The position numbers were made by a program, and so were the translations under genes. From Hormiphora californensis (Eukaryota > Animalia > Ctenophora), in contig CM035356.1 of assembly GCA_020137815.1 (NCBI GenBank), forward strand, positions 186,001 to 250,000: 64,000 bases of DNA. Reading direction: 5' to 3'. A model generated the notes under the pieces. That model did no database searches, was not told where the DNA came from, and saw only the letters and a program-made list of their open reading frames with translations. Position 1 is the stretch's first letter. Every line of letters begins with the position of its first letter. Below are positions 24,245 to 64,000 of this stretch, piece by piece.

Positions 24245-25716
24245 TCATAGTGCTCTTTGTACGTTGGGCATTTAGGTGAGCCAGCATGGTGAGGTTTAAC
24301 ATCTGAGGAGAGTCCTGTATTGTTGATACAGTTTTTACAGCAGTGTTTCTCAGTGTCCTCTTTCAGTGAACAGCTTTCAGTAGAATGTTCTTCTGCACAA
24401 TACATGCATGTCGCTGGATGGGATTTCTTCGGGCATTTATCAGGGTAGTGGCCAAGGGCTTGGCAGTGAGGACATCTCTTGATGTGTACACGATGAGACA
24501 CTCTGACGGAAGACATTTGGAAGAAGACCCTACCGTCAGACATAAGCTTGTCCTTCAGCTGCACTGGTAGTTTCAGGACAATTGTGGCTAGGTCCGGGTC
24601 TGTATGCGTGCGTTTGAAATAGACAATGGAAAGGTCTTTGCAGGTTCTCAGAACTTCATTCTTTGCTGTTAGCTTCTCGAGACAGAATTTTCTACATTCC
24701 TCAGTTGTGGCATCTCTTGGGAGTGAATCAACAGGGACAAACCTGAGTTCTACTTTTGACATTACCTCAGCGGACACTCTGGCAGTTTGCTCTAGCACTC
24801 CTGCAGTCTTCAAACATTCTGTGGCCAATCGTTGGCATTCCTCATTGGGAAACCACACTCTTACCGAGGAAGAAAAGTTTCTTGCTTGAGAGATAGGTAT
24901 ATTTTCCAAGGCTTTGTCGATAGCATTCCTCGTCTCCTTTACATCATCACAGTGGATCGTCAATCGAGGCTGGGGTGGAAGTGCTTTTCTCGCTGTAACC
25001 TTAGAGGAGGTTGTGCTTTGGATACCTGGGCGAGATGCAGCAGTGTTAGCTGTGTCAGTGGATGCTGTGGCGGTGGATTGAAGTGAAGATTTGCTGTTGG
25101 ATGAAGGTAGCGGTGGGAAATTGTCATTGTTCATGATGCTGGGGGTGACGCTGTCAATACTCGCTTCAGATGTTACGGAAATGGTGTTGTTTTGCCATGC
25201 GTTAACAGTTGTGTCGAAGTGAGAGCTGTTATCAGATGACTGGCTAGTATCTGTCATAAGCCTAGCAACCTTAATAGCTATAGCTTCTAGAAAAGGACTA
25301 CCAGGTTTGAGAAGCCTGGACGTAAAGATGCAAGCGCTGCAAACCCAGTCCTCAAGGGGAAACAAACCATCGTCTGATGGTGAAACAAGATCGCCTAATG
25401 ACTTCAGACCTACGCATTCGTCATGGAAACATGATTTACACGTACTGCACTTCAGCATGGACCTGTTTGTCATATTTCCATTACACAAACATTGATTGGC
25501 AGAGGTGAAGTGACTTGGCGTTTGCACTGGCATCGCCTGATGGGAACCTCTAGGTGGGGTTGCGAAGGCTGAAAACTTCATCCCGCTTCTTGTAGAAGAG
25601 GATGGAAGTTCAGAATTCATCAGTGGATTGTGACTGTGATGGTTGTGAGGATTGTGTTTACTCACAGTCTCGGGATCCGCTCGTCCACTTATTGTAGGGT
25701 CATACGACTGAAACAA
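24187..25716 (-). CDS. LINE ORF1: PHD finger + three C-terminal zinc knuckles
   Basis: CLC...CSTCKSCFHDEC...WVCSAC (PHD); CPHCQALGHYPDKC, CMYCAEEHSTESC, CKNC...HHAGSPKC. First ATG near 25620. Confidence 0.9.
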   Translation of the reverse strand: MFQSYDPTISGRADPETVSKHNPHNHHSHNPLMNSELPSSSTRSGMKFSAFATPPRGSHQAMPVQTPSHFTSANQCLCNGNMTNRSMLKCSTCKSCFHDECVGLKSLGDLVSPSDDGLFPLEDWVCSACIFTSRLLKPGSPFLEAIAIKVARLMTDTSQSSDNSSHFDTTVNAWQNNTISVTSEASIDSVTPSIMNNDNFPPLPSSNSKSSLQSTATASTDTANTAASRPGIQSTTSSKVTARKALPPQPRLTIHCDDVKETRNAIDKALENIPISQARNFSSSVRVWFPNEECQRLATECLKTAGVLEQTARVSAEVMSKVELRFVPVDSLPRDATTEECRKFCLEKLTAKNEVLRTCKDLSIVYFKRTHTDPDLATIVLKLPVQLKDKLMSDGRVFFQMSSVRVSHRVHIKRCPHCQALGHYPDKCPKKSHPATCMYCAEEHSTESCSLKEDTEKHCCKNCINNTGLSSDVKPHHAGSPKCPTYKEHYDRISKNYRQRSTLLSNTGI

Positions 25717-25959
25717 TTGAGGGGGGGTGCCGCCTCAAATTAATTTGTTTAAAGTAGTGTTGAAAAGTCATGGCCTTGTGAGTATGGGAAAATACCCGCC
25801 GATTCATCACGATGCGAAATGAGGCGATAATTGACGTTTGAGTAGTGCTAGGTCAGCTAAAAAGGTCTCCAAAAACGGTCTGTCACGCGCGATCTGCTGA
25901 AAACGTGCTTTATATCGCGCGCACGTGAGTTCTTGCTCTCAACGGACCGGGATTTTTTT

Positions 25960-26233
25960 TAAAGTCGAATTTTTTAATCAAGGGACAGGGGCCGCGCATT
26001 CAGAGAGGTCGCGCGGCGTTGTATTTGCGCGTGACAATCGAGATCAAGTTCCTGGCAATCTTAAGACTTGAACCCGGAAGCGTTGGAAAGATAATTTTAA
26101 GACCTTTTCAACGCAACCAAGATCAAGTCTTTATCTTATCAGGAAGAGGAGATATGAGCAAAAACATTTAGCACGCGCAAAAAGACTTTGTAAATGCGCG
26201 GCCCCCTGTCCCTTGATTAAAAAATTCGACTAA
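25960..26233. mobile_element. MITE, TAAAGTCGAA family
   Basis: TIR agtcgaattttttaatcaagggacaggggccgcgcatt; shares internal motif gtctttatcttatcagga with the TAGTGGGAG family. Confidence 0.75.
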
Positions 26234-27084
26234 AGTCCGTTTCAAGCGACTTGACCCGTAATTCTTGGAATTTGGCGCATTGCACGTGTATTTACAAAGG
26301 GAAAATCCTGAATTTCCAGGAATCTCAGGTCAAGTCGTTTGAAACGCACTTTATATTCGCGGAGCGAGAATAGGATTAGGATGCGATGGATCCAAGCATA
26401 GTTCCAGATATCGTAGACTGCTAAAACTTGGCAGAGTCTATGGAACAAATAAATAGGTTGACCGAAATTTCAGACTTTTAGCTCAAAGTTCTTTTTTTTA
26501 TCGGAATGAACATTGTCATTCATTCGTCGGGAAAGTGTCCTAATTGAAATTAATTGGGTCTGACTGACCTTGATTGCTCATTATGAGGACACTTTCTCGA
26601 CCTCTGAGGGCTTGGAAAAGTTGCTGAATCAGTGTATCAAAATTAGACAGAATACTTAGTACCCTTACATAACCCGAACCGTCTATCGTTTCCAATTCCA
26701 GGTGAAAAGTTGTAAGTAGGGTCAATAAGACCCAATTATGCTCAATTAGGACAATTTCTTCGCCTTTGAGCACTTACCAGAGTTGCTCACATGATTCAGC
26801 ATATCAAAGTTAGTCGGGTACAGTGGTTTTCGCTTTTATACTTATAGAAATTATTTTCAGTTTTACTGTCCAAGTTTGATCAAATGACCAGATCTGACCA
26901 GTCTGTGCGACTTGATCAAGATCTTCATGCTTGATCACATCTGATCATGATCAAGTGTGATCAGTCTGTGCGTGCCCTAAATGTTTCCATGATCTGGGGT
27001 CCGTGTAGATCCGGATATATCCTGGGGCGAAAATCATCTCCTTGACACTATACTAGCATCAGCAGTAAGCAGTAAACGATTTAC

Positions 27085-27626
27085 TGACCCTGTATGGCGG
27101 CGCCATACCCCATTTGATTCTCAGATGGGTCGCGGCGCCAGACAGCTCGATCCGAGCCACATCTCTGCTCATGATTTCTCGTTTGCAACGAAATAACCCC
27201 TCCCTTGCCAGCTCGCAAAGGTCGCCAGGCGACCTCTTTAGAGGGGTTATTTCGTAACCAAGATTGTGAACACGCAAATTTGCTTTTATTCGCAATACAT
27301 AGGCAGATATTTTACAATTCACAGTCCATGATAAAAAGTTTTAAAACACTTAGCACAAACCAACAAAACATGGCAAAACAGCTTGAGCGTATCAACCGTC
27401 ATCATTCTCGATCTTTCTCTATATCCTAATATACATGTATCATAAATTATAGAATACACTGTCTCTTTTAGTTTTACCCAAAAAACAAGCTCCAGACCCT
27501 TCCAGTTACAGGTTCCGGTCTCATCTAAATCTTAATCAAGGAGGTGCCTGTCTGGCGGTGTCAGACCCCGATTTGATTCTCAAATTGGGTGCGCTCACAC
27601 GGGGTCGGCCGCGCCAGACGGGGCCA
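27085..27626. mobile_element. Diverged MITE
   Basis: Imperfect TIRs tgaccctgtatggcggcgcc / ggccgcgccagacggggcca. Confidence 0.45.
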
Positions 27627-27922
27627 AGTTGGACAACACAACACTATGCAGCTCAGTGAATGTCAAAACTATTACATCTGTCATGATGAACTAGGAAAAA
27701 CAGTAAAATGTAGGTAAAATACAAGGCTTATAATCACACTTGTTCTCTCAGGAGGTATAAAATGTTGTGTGAAACATGCACATTTGCCGACTGACTTCCC
27801 ATCTGACTGAGTTCTTCCCTCTCTCCCTCTCTCTCTCCCTCTCTCCACCTGTTCAAGTGTCTTTTTCTTGCCCTTCAATTACAAACCAACAACATCTATC
27901 TCGTTTTAGAGACACCTCTCCC

Positions 27923-62525
<34,603 letters not shown>

Positions 62526-62867
62526 CTGTGAGAGAGGTAGGGGTGTTACAGAGGGAGGGGTGTTACACTGTGAGACAGGGAGGGGTGTTAGTATCTTGTT
62601 CATGGCAGACTGAGAGGAAGATATGTAGATGGTAGTGATAGACAGAAAGATAAAATACTCGAGTCTCCCATAACATGATTCTTGCAATATTTCTTTGGTG
62701 ATGAAAGGGGATTTGCAGAGGGCTGGGTGAGATTTGAGCAAGAGAGTGATTGGCTAGGAACTATGATGAGAGCTGTACCATGGATGTTTAAACAGCACAG
62801 TTGGGAGGCAAATAGGGTTGTTGAGATCTCGAACACACCATGTGTCTACACTAATATACTCCCTCTT

Positions 62868-63352
62868 ACCCTGAACACAGTAATACATACATCCTCCTCC
62901 CCCACCCCCTGAACACAGTAATACATACACCCCCCACCCCCTGAACACAGTAATACATACACCCCAGCCCCCTACCCTGAACACAGTAATACATACACCC
63001 CAGCCCCCTACCCTGAACACAGTAATACATACATCCCAGCCCCCTACCCTGAACACAGTAATACATACATCCCAGCCCCCTACCCTGAACACAGTAATAC
63101 ATACATCATCCTCCCCCCACCCCCTGAACACAGTAATACATACACCCCCCTACCCTGAACACAGTAATACATACACCCCCCTACCCTGAACACAGTAATA
63201 CATACACCCCAGCCCCCTACCCTGAACACAGTAATACATACATCCCAGCCCCCTACCCTGAACACAGTAATACATACACGCCCCTACCCTGAACACAGTA
63301 ATACATACACCCCCCTACCCTGAACACAGTAATACATACACCCCAGCCCCCC
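62868..63352. repeat. ~32-39-bp minisatellite, about 13 units
   Basis: Core ccctgaacacagtaatacatac. Confidence 0.94.
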
Positions 63353-64000
63353 TTGAACAGACCTGTGTACCTGTCTCAAGATACATAATTATACACTCAC
63401 TGTACCCGAAGTAAGACTGTAGCACACCAAACACTAAATGTGTGATGAACCGGGGGGCCATGAACCCCTTTTACCCACTGCATCACACCAAACCGTTTCA
63501 TTTCATTGACCCTCATCATGTTCACATACTGAGCTTGCTGTTTTGAAATACACGTGATGTCACACATGTGTTGATGTCCTGCCAAATGACAAGTGAAAAT
63601 GAATTGCCAAGGGGGGGGGGGGGGGGTTGCCACCACGACTGTGGTTTCAATAGATTTGAGGAATTTTGATTATCACCTAACCATCAAATTTGCAAGGAAA
63701 GTTTCCGGCATTTGAAAGTTATATTTCTGGTAATTTTTCGTCGAAAAACCATAATAATTTGCTACTGAAAAATGTATGAAATGCCAGCTGCCGCTGACGG
63801 CCGTTGTAAGATAAGAGCAGTAGAGCATAGTATTTCAAAAATTAAGAGACAAATATACCATAACCAGACGCACCAAAGCATCATGGTGAACGTGAGCGGC
63901 GATGGTAGAGGGACATTTGCTTGAGGAGAGAATATTAATAGGTTGAGGCCCTGTACCCCTTATGTTTGGAGAATTAATAAGAGCTAGGAAAGTTAGAAAA

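Larger units (their letters stand above)
20061..25950 (-). mobile_element. Apparently intact L2-clade LINE (5' boundary approximate)
   Basis: Open ORF1 and ORF2, ~1.26 kb 3' region ending aataaa...(atttgt)n; no TSD recognised. Confidence 0.9.

Noticed and set aside
19450-26915. One giant TIR element enclosing the LINE
   Set aside because: Only ~40-bp imperfect inverted match (19450-19491 vs 26872-26913), no TSD found

Overview
Repeat-rich eukaryotic (metazoan) genomic DNA with short GT-AG introns. An invertebrate such as a ctenophore is plausible, but this cannot be established from the window. Host genes: the 5' half of a mitochondrial-type acetyl-CoA synthetase (ACSS1-like, minus), an orphan single-TM ORF, PGM2 (3 coding exons), an HSL/AADAC-like alpha/beta hydrolase, an intronless PSMD13/Rpn9, and a >34 kb, ~25-exon CCDC88 (Daple/Girdin) gene on the minus strand ending in YEYGCV. 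One CCDC88 intron is almost entirely an inverted-repeat-bounded cassette holding an antisense secreted Cys-rich gene. Mobile DNA: an intact L2-clade LINE, a near full-length RTE, a defective MULE, CR1 relics and many palindromic MITEs. The most notable non-obvious signals are five. (1) The LINE ORF1/ORF2 overlap contains an in-register A_AAA_AAC -1 slippery heptamer, and a shift there would restore the first endonuclease motif. (2) An HDV-like ribozyme fold sits at the RTE 5' end. (3) Minisatellites are repeatedly built from splice junctions. (4) Long introns are bracketed by inverted repeats close to their splice sites. (5) A splice acceptor lies 1-12 nt before nearly every ATG, suggestive of SL trans-splicing. 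All gene models were assembled by eye; no searches were run.
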